From NCBI GenBank assembly GCA_018673925.1, contig JABHBL010000096.1, forward strand, positions 84,071-148,070: a stretch of DNA of 64,000 nt, in the 5' to 3' direction. Source of the DNA: Fidelibacterota bacterium. Lineage in GTDB: Bacteria > Fidelibacterota > UBA8477 > JABMPR01. Position numbers and translations under genes: made by a program. Shown here one piece after another: positions 9,211 through 20,256 of the stretch. The notes under the pieces were generated by a model. The model was given only the letters and a program-made list of their open reading frames with translations. It made no database searches and was not told where the DNA came from. Every line of letters begins with the position of its first letter. Within the stretch, counting starts at the first letter, position 1.

Positions 9211-9995
9211 GATAGAATTCCTTCCAGAGGACCAGCCATGGCAATTACTGTGGCGGCACCTAAAATCGTATAAAACCAGAATAGAAAATAAAAAAGGGCT
9301 TTAGCATAATTACGCACAAACCAGGTATCGGCAAACCATTTCACCAGAAGACGGTAGACACCAATGGCCATATGGGCAACCACACTTACCATGAGAATGG
9401 CATAAAGAATCCAGAGTCCACTTTCAACTCGCGCACTGGCGACTTCTTGGGTTAGACCAACTGTTTGGCCATCTACACCCATATCACTAAAAATATTCCA
9501 CATGACCAGGAAGAGATGAAAGGCACCGGTTGCCAAAACGATCATTCCAGTTCTAACCTGAGTAATCCAAAGTGAGGTCTCAAAATGGGAACGCAACTTG
9601 ATGTCAGAATTTGGATCCTGGTTCCATCCCTTACGGGAGTCTTTTAGTTTTTCACCAAGCTCCAGCATTTTTTTTCGTTCGCGGAGTTTTCCAGGAATCT
9701 TGCGTCCTGCCCAGATGAAGTGGATGAAAAACACGATGGTGACGATAAAGATGAGCGGTTGAGCCATGGGGACAGTATGCTCCATGAAATAGGCAACGGT
9801 CTCATAAAGTTCTGCACTCACAAGGATGCTGCTCTCCAGAATGAGGTGACCAAGAATGAAGAAGGCTAGAAAAGCGCCTGTAAGACCACTAATGCGTTCG
9901 TCTCGTAAAGCTTTTTTAGCATTTTTGAAAGCGCTGCTCGTTTTACTGTGCCGAGTTTCTGCTTTCGGGTATAGTTCAGTATCAATACCAGTCAT
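9207..9995 (-). CDS. frdC: Fumarate reductase/succinate dehydrogenase cytochrome b subunit (Bacteroidetes-type)
   Basis: About 260 aa polytopic membrane protein with conserved His residues in helices (HLILESS, FFIHFIW, FHLFLVMW, VVAHMAIG). It is first in the frdCAB order. A GGAG SD sits 9 nt upstream of the ATG. Confidence 0.7.
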   Translation of the reverse strand: MTGIDTELYPKAETRHSKTSSAFKNAKKALRDERISGLTGAFLAFFILGHLILESSILVSAELYETVAYFMEHTVPMAQPLIFIVTIVFFIHFIWAGRKIPGKLRERKKMLELGEKLKDSRKGWNQDPNSDIKLRSHFETSLWITQVRTGMIVLATGAFHLFLVMWNIFSDMGVDGQTVGLTQEVASARVESGLWILYAILMVSVVAHMAIGVYRLLVKWFADTWFVRNYAKALFYFLFWFYTILGAATVIAMAGPLEGILS

Positions 9996-10286
9996 GATAC
10001 CAGCTCCGATCTATGTTTAAAGGCTAGAGTGAATTGCCGTTTCGATTGTAGGTTTAACACAGGGTAAATATCAACTCCCCAAAACAAATTTCAAGTGCGA
10101 AGTATGCCCATCATCCTATCATTTTAGAATTGATGTGGATTAGTCATGATTGCTCAAAGCAAATATTAAACCATCCCCATTCAATTGCCTGAACTATTTG
10201 GTGGTCCGATTAATTCTCGTGTGCATATTAACCATCCCTTATCTATTTTGTGATCATCATTATGCTGATCAAATAAAGGAGCCTGC

Positions 10287-11459
10287 ATGAAAGATCGTAT
10301 GATTTCTCTGGATGTATTTCGAGGTTTGACTGTTGGATTGATGATCCTGGTCAATAATCCTGGAAGTTGGTCCCACATATATGGACCATTGCGTCATGCT
10401 GGCTGGCATGGTTGGACACCCACGGATCTGGTCTTTCCATTTTTCCTCTTTATTGTTGGTGTGGCTATGGCCCTTAGTTTTGGCAAACGCATGGAGGCTG
10501 GTTCTGATGTAGCAGCTCTCAAGAAAAAAGTCTGGTCCAGAGGCGCCATCATCATAGGCCTGGGTCTTTTTCTCAATGGTTTTCCCTTTAACATTCCGCT
10601 CAACGCCCAGATGGCTGCTGACTTTGAGTTCATGGACATACCTCGCCGTCTTCTCACCTTGCGGTATTGGGGCGTTCTTCAGCGAATTGGTTTGAGTTAT
10701 CTCATTGGTGGATTGATCATTCTTTATTTCCCGCGAACCTCATCCAGAATACTGGCTGTGGGAGCTTTGATAGCTATCTATGAGTTCTTTATGCGAGTTC
10801 CTTTGGTGAATGGCTGGGGAGCAGGCAGTTTTGAATTGGCCGATAATTTTATCCGCTATATGGATATCCTGCTTTTTGGCGAAGCACATCTATATGGTGG
10901 TACTGGCGTCCCCTTTGATCCAGAGGGTTTCTTGTCCACACTGCCTGCAGTTGTGACCCTGATGAGTGGGTTTTGGCTAGGGGAGTATTTACGTAAACCT
11001 ATAGACCATCAGGAAAAACTCAGTAACTTAAGTGTCCTCGGAATCATGCTGTTTTTTGCAGGTTCACTCCTTAGTCTGATTGAGCCCATCAATAAGCAGT
11101 TGTGGACAGTATCATATGTCATCACCATGGATGGATTGGCCATCATGATGATTGTTGTATCCTCCTATCTCATTGATGTCAAAAAGATGGATTTCTGGAT
11201 CAAACCAGCCATCGTTTTTGGAAGTAATGCGCTTGTGGTATTTGTGGGATCAGGGATTATTGGCCGCTTGATGTATATGGTGAAAACTACCAATGCTGAG
11301 GGTGATATCATTTCTATCAAGTATGCTTTATACAGTGGCCTTTTTGTACCCATGGCAGGAGACCTGAATGGGTCGTTACTATATGCACTGACCAATATTG
11401 CATTCTGGTTGGCCATCCTGTGGTATTTGTATAGTAAAAAGATTTTTGTTAAGATTTAA
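10287..11459 (+). CDS. Heparan-alpha-glucosaminide N-acetyltransferase-like membrane acyltransferase (DUF1624/DUF5009 family)
   Basis: Signature N-terminus DRMISLDVFRGLTVGLMILVNNPGSW and roughly 10 TM segments. AAGGAG SD 6 nt upstream of the ATG. Confidence 0.55.
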   Translation: MKDRMISLDVFRGLTVGLMILVNNPGSWSHIYGPLRHAGWHGWTPTDLVFPFFLFIVGVAMALSFGKRMEAGSDVAALKKKVWSRGAIIIGLGLFLNGFPFNIPLNAQMAADFEFMDIPRRLLTLRYWGVLQRIGLSYLIGGLIILYFPRTSSRILAVGALIAIYEFFMRVPLVNGWGAGSFELADNFIRYMDILLFGEAHLYGGTGVPFDPEGFLSTLPAVVTLMSGFWLGEYLRKPIDHQEKLSNLSVLGIMLFFAGSLLSLIEPINKQLWTVSYVITMDGLAIMMIVVSSYLIDVKKMDFWIKPAIVFGSNALVVFVGSGIIGRLMYMVKTTNAEGDIISIKYALYSGLFVPMAGDLNGSLLYALTNIAFWLAILWYLYSKKIFVKI

Positions 11460-11498
11460 GAATTCTAGCTAGCTTGACCTTAAGCAATATTATCTGGA

Positions 11499-13058
11499 TT
11501 GGATGACGCTATGAAGCACACTTGCACCGCTCCAAAGCTGATGGGATTGATCATGGTCGTTGTCCTGATATTTTCTTGTGCCAGCCGTCCATCTCACGAT
11601 GTGCAATTTTATGGCCCAGATTTCCAGGTTGAAATCGAGCGCTATCAAAATATGTTGGATTCGAATCTCACATATCTCGAGCGTAACAGTGATCGATTTG
11701 GTATTGACAAGGTGGATCAACATCAAATGCTTGACCGGGCTGCTAAGGCTGACCTCATTTTGGTCTGGGCCAGCGTCCTGGATTATATGGCCCATCTCGA
11801 GATGATCCGTTATACCCACAATGGATTCCTCTTTGATCCAAAAGCCGGGATCAATTTTGAGAGTCTTATCAATTACTATTGGGCTTTTCTGGTTCAGAGT
11901 TCCAGAGCGGTTCATTTTATTCACATAATTGATCGCAATGGGGCACTTTTAACCATCTTGGATGAAGGACATCCAGAATACGGTTTAGAGGCAAATACCT
12001 ACACCCAATTTAAGAGTCATTTTCTAAACGTAAAACAGGCTGCTGAATTTGCTGCCCTACAAATAATCTATCGAGATCAGCGTCCTGATGTCAATCCATA
12101 CTATTCAAGGATAGCCATGCTGGAAGGCTACAATACGAGTCTGGGTATAGATTATGGGGTAAGGATGAGTGTCCGGCATGCTCGGGACGTTATTGAGAAT
12201 CAATCCTTTTCCTGGTGGTACCCTATTCAGAAGAATTTCGCAGAATGGATAGGTCATGTACGTGTTTTTAGGGAAGGTGAAAACCTCATATCCTTTAAGG
12301 ATATATTGGAGATTCAATCCGAGCTAAATCCTGGTGATATTCTGTTCCAGAGACGTGAATGGTATATGACCAATGCTGGTATTCCAGGATACTGGACTCA
12401 TGCTGCTTTCTATGTGGGAGATTCTTTAGAAAGAGCAGACTATTTCGATTCGGATTCTGTAAGAGCCTGGGTGAGAGCTGAGGGGGTTGCAAGCGGATCA
12501 TTTGAAGAATTACTAGAATCGACTTTTCCAGAGGCCTATGCAGGTAACAACCTTCAGCTTGATTCACTGGGAAGCCAAACCGTATTAGAAGCTATTGGGA
12601 AGGGCGTGGTACTCCAATCACTGTCAACTTCCTTGACCTGTGATGGGTTGGGAGTGGTGAGGCCCAGACTATCGAAAGCCGATAAGGCAAAATCTATATA
12701 CAATGCCTTTCAATATTTCGGAAGAGGATATGACTTCAATTTTGATTTTCTCACAGACTCTAGCTTGGTCTGTTCAGAACTGATATATAAGTCATTTGAA
12801 CCGGGAACGGATTATAGCGGTGTACCTTTTATCACGACGGAGGTGGCAGGCAGAGTGATGACCCCTGTGAATATCATGGTAAAGCAGTTTGACCAGGAGC
12901 ATGATTCAATCAATCTTGACTTTGTACTGTTTTATGATGGCAATGAGTTTGAGAAGATGAGCGTTCGCAAAGATGAGGCAGCTTTTCGAGATAGTTGGAG
13001 AAGACTCGGTTTTTACCAGAGCATACCCTCTGATAAATTATTGATGAGCGAGGATTGA
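11499..13058 (+). CDS. Lipoprotein with C-terminal circularly permuted papain-fold (peptidase C92 YaeF/YiiX-like) domain
   Basis: Lipobox IFSCAS. GDILFQRREW...YWTHAAFYVGD (His) precedes SLVCSELIYKSF (Cys). This His-before-Cys order is typical of permuted NlpC/P60-like C92 amidases. Confidence 0.5.
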   Translation: MDDAMKHTCTAPKLMGLIMVVVLIFSCASRPSHDVQFYGPDFQVEIERYQNMLDSNLTYLERNSDRFGIDKVDQHQMLDRAAKADLILVWASVLDYMAHLEMIRYTHNGFLFDPKAGINFESLINYYWAFLVQSSRAVHFIHIIDRNGALLTILDEGHPEYGLEANTYTQFKSHFLNVKQAAEFAALQIIYRDQRPDVNPYYSRIAMLEGYNTSLGIDYGVRMSVRHARDVIENQSFSWWYPIQKNFAEWIGHVRVFREGENLISFKDILEIQSELNPGDILFQRREWYMTNAGIPGYWTHAAFYVGDSLERADYFDSDSVRAWVRAEGVASGSFEELLESTFPEAYAGNNLQLDSLGSQTVLEAIGKGVVLQSLSTSLTCDGLGVVRPRLSKADKAKSIYNAFQYFGRGYDFNFDFLTDSSLVCSELIYKSFEPGTDYSGVPFITTEVAGRVMTPVNIMVKQFDQEHDSINLDFVLFYDGNEFEKMSVRKDEAAFRDSWRRLGFYQSIPSDKLLMSED

Positions 13059-13086
13059 CCGGAATGAACGCCCCGGGCATAATATC

Positions 13087-14406
13087 TCAATATTGAAACT
13101 CAAAATTCAGCATCCAGAACTCATGGTCCTCATAACTGATCATCGTCGCGAAACGATCAGGGATGGCTATTAAGCGAATTCCAAATTGCCACTGGATTTC
13201 ATCATTGAATCGATTCCGATGGTACTCTGAACTGATATAATCCAGCTGATTGATAATGCTGATGGCATCACCCATATTTCTGGGGAAGGGGTACCAGATA
13301 TTTGCTAATGAGATTCTACGTTTATCCAAATACAATGACAGATGATTATTCAGCTGGGGAATACCAACCGTTCCAGTAGCGAAAAAGGATGAATGCTGAG
13401 CATAGGGATCTTTGAGTTCGTCCTCCAGTATGGAAAGAAACCGATTACTACCACCATCTACTGTAAGGCGATCATGATTTTCTGGAGAGAATGCTGATAT
13501 ATAGTCAACCCAGCCAAATGCGAGACTGACCTTATAAATTTCACCCCGCTCCGGCAGTAATTGAAGCTTGAGGGTGAGATCAGATTGTTCGATAACCGAT
13601 TCTGTAGCCCATACATTTGTTTCGGCACTAATCAACCAGATGGAAACACCGGTTTTGATGTGACGAATGTCCTCAGTGTCAGGATTCCATCTAGCTGATG
13701 CATAGATCCAGGTTCTGGGTGTGGATGCTGTGGGGGCATCGATCAACTGGTAGCGTGGCTTGATTTTGAGAAAGGCTGCGGACTGACTTTTTATCAGTTC
13801 GACCCTATCTTGCTCCTGTCGGAGTCTGGCTTCATCCATTTTTAATATATGATCGAGGGAATCGATGACGGCTTGTTTTCTGCCTAAAGCCAAACTGTCC
13901 ATGGTAATTTTATGTCGCAGTGAATCTGCTCTAAGGGCCTCCGTGGCCTGATGCTCTAATTCTTGTTTCCGGATATTTGCTTCCAGAGAAATTTGAATCT
14001 CCTGGGTTACCAGACGATGGTACGTAGACTTCCCATAGCTAATCAGACTATAGAAAGTGGAATCATTTGAAAGATGCCTGGTGGTAATTTTAACACTTCG
14101 CAGGTTCATATTGGTGGAGACCAGCGATTCATAGCTGTAATTCTCTTCCAGGCGATCTTTATTCTCTTCAATTTGCTGTGTAGCAATACTTTGTACACTG
14201 ACTTCAACATGTTGAGCAAAACTCAACAAGGCATCATGATCTGCAGCTTCTTGGGATTCAGTGGATTTACCTATCCCATAATAGAGGGTATCAGAGCTGA
14301 GTTCGCCTGTGGTGACCCACTCAAGATTTCCGTTCTGAGGAGTGAGGATATCGTCGATGAGCGTTGTGCCAATGATTTCCTCAAGATCGAAAGGTCGACC
14401 ATGCAC
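13087..14406 (-). CDS. Hypothetical secreted protein with central coiled-coil; N-terminus probably extended
   Basis: Central region of charged heptad repeats (ELEHQATEALRADSLRHKITMDSLALGRKQAVIDSLDHILKMDEARLRQEQDRVEL). The called start is a GTG. An in-frame upstream stretch encodes a signal peptide (see findings). Confidence 0.4.
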   Translation of the reverse strand: MHGRPFDLEEIIGTTLIDDILTPQNGNLEWVTTGELSSDTLYYGIGKSTESQEAADHDALLSFAQHVEVSVQSIATQQIEENKDRLEENYSYESLVSTNMNLRSVKITTRHLSNDSTFYSLISYGKSTYHRLVTQEIQISLEANIRKQELEHQATEALRADSLRHKITMDSLALGRKQAVIDSLDHILKMDEARLRQEQDRVELIKSQSAAFLKIKPRYQLIDAPTASTPRTWIYASARWNPDTEDIRHIKTGVSIWLISAETNVWATESVIEQSDLTLKLQLLPERGEIYKVSLAFGWVDYISAFSPENHDRLTVDGGSNRFLSILEDELKDPYAQHSSFFATGTVGIPQLNNHLSLYLDKRRISLANIWYPFPRNMGDAISIINQLDYISSEYHRNRFNDEIQWQFGIRLIAIPDRFATMISYEDHEFWMLNFEFQY

Positions 14407-14739
14407 AGATCGATCAAATTTCGTTGTATCAGGTATAGGATTACCCCAAGCGATGAGACATGCACCTAAGAGAAGAATTAATGTAAAGCGTTTTAAGATA
14501 AAATGCCTCCGCTGTATGGCATGTATTCTAGTATTTGCTAGTGTTTAAGACAAGGTTTGATTGTCAAAGATAAGTGGTGATGGACACCATTTTGCGCTTG
14601 ATCACTCTAAGGACAATACACCAATTGGGTGCAGGCAAGAATAACGATTTCTTGATCTATTCTTCGTTGTGTCATGGGGGTACTTATGTTATGATTGCAT
14701 CGCTGTTCCGAATAGGCGGTTCAGGTTTAAACAGAAAGG

Positions 14740-16179
14740 ATGCCCGTTGTGTCAAAAGGGGTAACAAAACAGAGCGAAGATTTTTCAAAATGGTATACCG
14801 ATGTGGTCAGACAAGCCAAGCTGGCGGATTATGGTCCTGTTAAGGGAACCATGGTCATCCGACCGTATGGATATGCGATCTGGGAGAATTTTCAAGGCAT
14901 CCTGAATCAAATGTTTAAGGACACAGGTCATGTAAATGCCTATTTCCCAATGTTCATCCCTGAGCACTTCCTCCAGAAGGAAGCTGAGCATGTTGAAGGC
15001 TTTGCTCCAGAAGTTGCTGTGGTTACTCATGCAGGTGGCAAGAAGCTTGATGAAGCTCTCGTGGTTCGCCCCACATCAGAGACCATTATCTGGAACATGT
15101 ATAAGAAATGGATTTCATCCTATCGTGATCTGCCCCTTCTGATTAATCAGTGGGCCAACGTGGTCCGATGGGAGATGAGAACACGTCTATTCCTACGCAC
15201 AACTGAGTTCTTATGGCAGGAAGGGCATACAGCTCACGCCACACCTGAAGAATCCCAGGAAGAGACCTTGAGGATGCTGGAGGTCTATCGTCGTTTTGCA
15301 GAGGACTATATGGCAATGCCTGTTATCACAGGACAGAAAACAGAAGCTGAAAAGTTCGCCGGCGCTGTCAGTACCTACTCCATTGAAGCCATGATGCGCG
15401 ATACCAAAGCTTTACAGGCTGGTACCAGTCATAATCTCGGTCAGAATTTCGCCAAAGCTTTTGAGGTCACCTTTCAAAGTAAAGATAACAAAGAAGAATT
15501 TGTCTATGCTACAAGCTGGGGTGTAAGTACTCGTCTGGTTGGTGGTCTGATTATGTCTCATGGAGATGATAAAGGGTTGATCCTGCCTCCCAAGGTGGCA
15601 CCCTATCAGGTTGTCATTATTCCTATTTTCCGCAAAGACACCAAAGATATGGTCATGGATAAGGTGGATGAGATTGTGGCTGATTTGAAGCAAGCTGAAG
15701 TCCGTGTCCATGTTGATGATGATGAGAAAAGTTCACCTGGCTTCAAGTTCAATGAATGGGAAATGTGTGGTGTGCCTATGCGGGTGGAGATCGGTCCCAA
15801 AGATATTGAAAAAGGACATGCTGTCGTGGTCATTCGCCACTCTGGAGAGAAACACTTTATTCAGTTGCCCGAGTTGGTGAAGTTCCTCTCAGATCAACAG
15901 GATATTGTTCAGGCTGAATTATTCCAACGAGCCCTGGATTTTCGTGATTCCAATACTCACACTGTTGATAATTGGGATGATTTCAAAGATACACTGGAAA
16001 CCAAGGGTGGTTTTATCAAAGCCTATTGGAATGGATCCGCTGAGGTTGAGGAGAAAATCAAGAACGAAACTAAAGCAACCATAAGATGTATTCCCTTTGA
16101 TCAACCCACAGAGGCCGGTAAGTGTGTTTACACGGGAGAGACTAGCTCACAACAAGTGATTTTTGCCAAGGCATATTAA
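14740..16179 (+). CDS. proS: Proline--tRNA ligase, archaeal/eukaryotic-type (no editing-domain insertion)
   Basis: Typical N-terminus ([35 protein letters not shown]), class II core and C-terminal zinc-binding domain. 479 aa. Confidence 0.9.
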   Translation: MPVVSKGVTKQSEDFSKWYTDVVRQAKLADYGPVKGTMVIRPYGYAIWENFQGILNQMFKDTGHVNAYFPMFIPEHFLQKEAEHVEGFAPEVAVVTHAGGKKLDEALVVRPTSETIIWNMYKKWISSYRDLPLLINQWANVVRWEMRTRLFLRTTEFLWQEGHTAHATPEESQEETLRMLEVYRRFAEDYMAMPVITGQKTEAEKFAGAVSTYSIEAMMRDTKALQAGTSHNLGQNFAKAFEVTFQSKDNKEEFVYATSWGVSTRLVGGLIMSHGDDKGLILPPKVAPYQVVIIPIFRKDTKDMVMDKVDEIVADLKQAEVRVHVDDDEKSSPGFKFNEWEMCGVPMRVEIGPKDIEKGHAVVVIRHSGEKHFIQLPELVKFLSDQQDIVQAELFQRALDFRDSNTHTVDNWDDFKDTLETKGGFIKAYWNGSAEVEEKIKNETKATIRCIPFDQPTEAGKCVYTGETSSQQVIFAKAY

Positions 16180-16261
16180 ATATCATAGAGGTTGAGCCTG
16201 ACGAAACCTCCTGAAATACATAAATAAGCATTGGGCATTTCGACAAGCTCAATGTCCAATT

Positions 16262-16296
16262 AAAAAAGCCCCACCAACTGGCGGGGCTTTTTTAAT
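16262..16296. terminator. Rho-independent terminator after proS (bidirectional)
   Basis: AAAAAA-GCCCCACC-AACT-GGCGGGGC-TTTTTT. Confidence 0.7.
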
Positions 16297-16319
16297 ACTT
16301 CTCGGATCATTGAATGCTA

Positions 16320-16976
16320 TTAGTGCATCGCTCCCTCGAGACCAAATAGGTCAAAGGGTGGTCTGCTGTAAAAATCATTGAACACAACAACTAGCAAAAT
16401 GGCATAGACTACAAAACCAAATAGAATTAACCATTGTACTTTAGAGGTCTTCTGGATTTCTTGTCTATCCTTCAGCTCGCATACCTCACCTGGACAGTAT
16501 TGCGCCTTATCCTTATAGATCCATGGATACACCTTACATCCCAGACAAATACCAAAGGCTGATTCAAAGAACAGGAAGATGAGACAAATAAAACAGATTA
16601 GGCCTGTGATGGGGCTATAAGAGTTAACCAGAACAATCAAGACAAACATTACAAGCGCCATGGCAATCCCTATATACCATGCAAATTTTTTCTGCTGAGC
16701 ACCTACATATTCAGGGGTTTGATTTCTGACAATCCATCTACCGAGAATGAGAGTAGGGGAGTATTTCGGACTGATAAAAACGCGGATTAACATATCAGTC
16801 AGGAATAAGGTAACTGCATATTTCAGGGGGGTAAAGTTCCCTGATCCTGCAGCTGCTTGAATCGAAAATAACATCACCAGGAAGAGTATCCCGGCGGTAG
16901 CCCTGATTTCACGTTCGTTTAATACTGGGATGCTATATCCTTCAACATCCTCACCAAATTTTATAATTTTACTCAT
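16320..16976 (-). CDS. Polytopic membrane protein, possibly DUF4395-like
   Basis: Four or five hydrophobic helices. Conserved-looking Cys motifs ESAFGICLGCKVYPWIY and YCPGEVCE. No enzymatic motif. Confidence 0.35.
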   Translation of the reverse strand: MSKIIKFGEDVEGYSIPVLNEREIRATAGILFLVMLFSIQAAAGSGNFTPLKYAVTLFLTDMLIRVFISPKYSPTLILGRWIVRNQTPEYVGAQQKKFAWYIGIAMALVMFVLIVLVNSYSPITGLICFICLIFLFFESAFGICLGCKVYPWIYKDKAQYCPGEVCELKDRQEIQKTSKVQWLILFGFVVYAILLVVVFNDFYSRPPFDLFGLEGAMH

Positions 16977-17030
16977 TTTTCCCCCATTTAATTCAGATTT
17001 TATAATTTTTACTAAAGATGATCTACAGTG

Positions 17031-18287
17031 TTATTCATGACGTAGGGATTCGATTGGGTCCAGGCCAGCAGCTTTGTAAGCCGGATATATACCAAACACA
17101 ATCCCGATAAATGAGCAGACACCCAAACCAATAAATACCCAATCGATGGGGATAACTGGAGCCACATTCTTCATAAACAGGGTCACCATATTGCCCACTC
17201 CAATACCAAGCATCACACCTATGACACCACCAATGAGTGAAAGAAAAACTGCTTCCAGTAAGAACTGAAAGAGAATGTTATTCCTTGTGGCACCAATGGC
17301 TTTACGGATACCGATTTCCTTGATGCGTTCACTTACGGAGACTAACATGATATTCATGATACCAATACCTGCTACCACCAGGGCGATGACACTCACTGCT
17401 CCGGCAAACATCTTAATTCCTGCAGTAAATGAGCCAAATGTATCTATGAGAGCATCATTTGAGGTTACTTCAAAATCATTTTCATCCATGGGTCCCAGAC
17501 CTCGGACTATCCGCATTTGATCAATGACTTCCTCTTTAGTTCTATCAAAACTTTCACCATCGGGGGCTTTGATGGATATCCCTAGAGATGTCCATCGACT
17601 TCCATAATATTGTAGATATGAAGTGATAGGGACGATGACAAAATTATCCTGGCTTTGGCCAAACATCTCTCCCTTGCGCTGCAAAGTGCCAATCACATCA
17701 AAACCGATTCCGTTGATAGTAATTGTCTGATTTATTGGATCCTGGAAGGGAAATAACTTTTGAATGACATCCGTACCCAGAATGACAACCCGTCTCCCGT
17801 ATTCAATATCTTCCGGGATAAAATTTCTGCCATAATCAAGTTTGTGATTCAAGGCCTCCAGACCAAATTCGTCTACACCCTGGACACCAACATTGGGATT
17901 GGTTGATTCTTTTTTGAAACGAATGGTCTTACCACCAGTCCCATCCTGGGCACTGACAAATTCAGCACCAACCATCCGATCCCTTAACTCCAATGCCATA
18001 TCATAGGTAATATTTGGTCGGCGCCAATATTTTCGTCGGCTGTTGTGGTCTCCCATCTGAATCACAGGTGATTTCTGGACAAAGATCACATCTGACCCAA
18101 ATACATTCAAACCCGTGTTGATTGATGATTCCAGGGTACGGATGGCAGTCATCACTGCAATAATGGCGAACACGCCAATAACGATTCCCAGGAGGGTTAG
18201 TATGGAACGAAGCAGGTTATCTCGAATGGCTTCAAGAGCCATGAAGAATGCATCGTTTAGTGTCTTTAGTGTGGTTCTTACATACAT
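17031..18287 (-). CDS. ABC transporter permease, MacB/FtsX family (MacB periplasmic domain plus FtsX 4-TM)
   Basis: N-terminal TM, large periplasmic domain, C-terminal FtsX-type helices (GIGIMNIMLVSVSERIKEIGIRKAIGA). Confidence 0.8.
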   Translation of the reverse strand: MYVRTTLKTLNDAFFMALEAIRDNLLRSILTLLGIVIGVFAIIAVMTAIRTLESSINTGLNVFGSDVIFVQKSPVIQMGDHNSRRKYWRRPNITYDMALELRDRMVGAEFVSAQDGTGGKTIRFKKESTNPNVGVQGVDEFGLEALNHKLDYGRNFIPEDIEYGRRVVILGTDVIQKLFPFQDPINQTITINGIGFDVIGTLQRKGEMFGQSQDNFVIVPITSYLQYYGSRWTSLGISIKAPDGESFDRTKEEVIDQMRIVRGLGPMDENDFEVTSNDALIDTFGSFTAGIKMFAGAVSVIALVVAGIGIMNIMLVSVSERIKEIGIRKAIGATRNNILFQFLLEAVFLSLIGGVIGVMLGIGVGNMVTLFMKNVAPVIPIDWVFIGLGVCSFIGIVFGIYPAYKAAGLDPIESLRHE

Positions 18288-18291
18288 GAAT

Positions 18292-19512
18292 CTACTCGTA
18301 TCTCAGGGCTTCGATGGGATCTAGCTTAGCACCTTTTCGGGCAGGAGCCAGACCGGCAAACAATCCCACACCCGCACTCAGGGCAATGGCCATAAAGGCC
18401 ACACCAAAAGACATATTTGCAGGGAATAAAAACTCACTAATTGCCATACTTATCAGCGTGGAGATGATCAGTCCCACCAATCCACCAGAAGCTGTGATTA
18501 CCATAGCCTCAATGAGAAATTGTCCTTGAATTTGACTTCGTGTCGCGCCAAGTGCCTTCCTCACACCAATTTCTCGTGTACGTTCTTTAACTGATACGAA
18601 CATGATATTGGCAATTCCAATTCCACCAACCAGGAGAGAGAGTGCTGTAATGATCATCCCCGTTCCTCCAATGGCCAGTTTGATCCCCTGATACGATTGT
18701 CGAAAGGCGTTTTGCTGATTGATGGCAAAATTATCCTTTTCCTCTGGTTTAAGACCACGCAATACCCGGACAACACCTCGTAATTCTTCTTTGGCGTCTT
18801 CCACGAGGTGTTCCGGGACCTTCACTGTGATACTCCTGCGCCCCCAGGGACCATGAAAAATTTTGTTAAATGTGGCGAGAGGAATGATAACCTGGGTATC
18901 ATTTGAGAAGGCGCCCATGAATTTCCCCATTTCTGCGAGAACGCCAATAACCCTGAACCGTTTTGAGCCGGCAAAGATCATTTTATCAACAGGATTCCCC
19001 TGTGGAAATAAGGTTTTGGCCACCTCTGAACCGAGCAGTACAACCTGGGCTCCAGTCCTATCCTCAGATTCTGTAAAAAATCGGCCATATTCCACATCAA
19101 CAGTAGATACTTCGGGATAGTTAGATGTAACGCCATGGATATAGATGTTTTCAGCGGATAATTCATTGTAACTCAGGTTGGCGGATCGCCCTCTTTCTGC
19201 GGCAACAACCATGGCGTACTGTGAGCGTTCCTTAATCTCATCAGCCATATCAAGCTCAATACGAGGCCTATTTCTCAAGGTCCACCAGTCTTCGTCACCA
19301 AACCAGGGCCATTTTTCCACATACAGATTTCCGCGGCCGAGGAATTTCATGCTTTCTTCAAAAAGACCATCTACACCATTGATCAATGTGGACATGAGGG
19401 ATACTGCGATGATTCCAATAACAATACCGGTCCCAGTTAAAATTGACCGAGTTTTGTGGCTCCATAGTTCGGAGAGGGCAATGCGTAAGTTTTCCCAGAA
19501 GAAACTTTTCAT
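18292..19512 (-). CDS. ABC transporter permease, MacB/FtsX family (second paralogue)
   Basis: Same architecture ([27 protein letters not shown]). Overlaps the ATPase gene by 4 nt. Confidence 0.8.
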   Translation of the reverse strand: MKSFFWENLRIALSELWSHKTRSILTGTGIVIGIIAVSLMSTLINGVDGLFEESMKFLGRGNLYVEKWPWFGDEDWWTLRNRPRIELDMADEIKERSQYAMVVAAERGRSANLSYNELSAENIYIHGVTSNYPEVSTVDVEYGRFFTESEDRTGAQVVLLGSEVAKTLFPQGNPVDKMIFAGSKRFRVIGVLAEMGKFMGAFSNDTQVIIPLATFNKIFHGPWGRRSITVKVPEHLVEDAKEELRGVVRVLRGLKPEEKDNFAINQQNAFRQSYQGIKLAIGGTGMIITALSLLVGGIGIANIMFVSVKERTREIGVRKALGATRSQIQGQFLIEAMVITASGGLVGLIISTLISMAISEFLFPANMSFGVAFMAIALSAGVGLFAGLAPARKGAKLDPIEALRYE

Positions 19513-20216
19513 TGGGTTACTTTTTTTCCTCGATTCGTTGCTTCATCTACAGCAATTTTGCCATCAAGAAGTCTAACCACCCGGGAAGCATGAGCAGCAA
19601 TATGCTCCTCATGGGTAACCAGAATAATGGTATTGCCCTGTTTGTGAAGTTCATCAAAAAGAGTCATAATCTCTTCACCTGTTTTTGAATCCAGGTTACC
19701 TGTAGGTTCGTCAGCCAAAATAATTGCAGGATTGTTTACCAACGCTCTGGCCACGGCGACACGTTGACGCTGACCACCTGATAGCTCGTTAGGCTTATGA
19801 CTCACTCGATCGCCAAGATTCACCCTCGTGAGGGCTCTAATGGCCATATCTCTACGCTCGTGTGCTTTAATTTCCCCATTGTAGATCAGAGGCAGCTCGA
19901 CATTACGCAGACTGGTGGATTTAGGAAGCAGGTTGAAGGTCTGAAATACAAATCCGATTTTTTTATTTCGAATATGAGCTAATTCATCATCACCCATGGT
20001 CGCTACATTTGTACCATCCATAAAAAACTCACCTGAAGTGGGTGTATCCAGACACCCCAGGAGGTTCATAAGCGTGGATTTCCCAGACCCGGATGGTCCC
20101 ATTATGGACACATATTCATTTTGCTCGATGGATACTGATACCCCATCCAGGGCGCGTACTTCAGTATTGCCCATCTGGTATATTTTATAGAGATCTTTTA
20201 CCTGGATTAATGACAT
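19509..20216 (-). CDS. ABC transporter ATP-binding protein (MacB/LolD-type NBD)
   Basis: Walker [10 protein letters not shown], signature [15 protein letters not shown], Walker [12 protein letters not shown]. Confidence 0.9.
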   Translation of the reverse strand: MSLIQVKDLYKIYQMGNTEVRALDGVSVSIEQNEYVSIMGPSGSGKSTLMNLLGCLDTPTSGEFFMDGTNVATMGDDELAHIRNKKIGFVFQTFNLLPKSTSLRNVELPLIYNGEIKAHERRDMAIRALTRVNLGDRVSHKPNELSGGQRQRVAVARALVNNPAIILADEPTGNLDSKTGEEIMTLFDELHKQGNTIILVTHEEHIAAHASRVVRLLDGKIAVDEATNRGKKVTQ

Positions 20217-20256
20217 TATGTTATCCGTATTCTACTGTATTCTGATTTCAGTGTGA

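Noticed and set aside
7567-9304. Multiple 60-90-aa ORFs on the plus strand across frdA/frdC
   Set aside because: Antisense or alternative-frame ORFs inside strongly supported frd genes. Spurious.
10240-10270. TGATCA-N9-TGATCA near the 10287 start as a possible FNR/CRP box for the frd operon
   Set aside because: Does not match TTGAT-N4-ATCAA or TGTGA-N6-TCACA spacing. It lies at the downstream gene's RBS rather than the frdC promoter.
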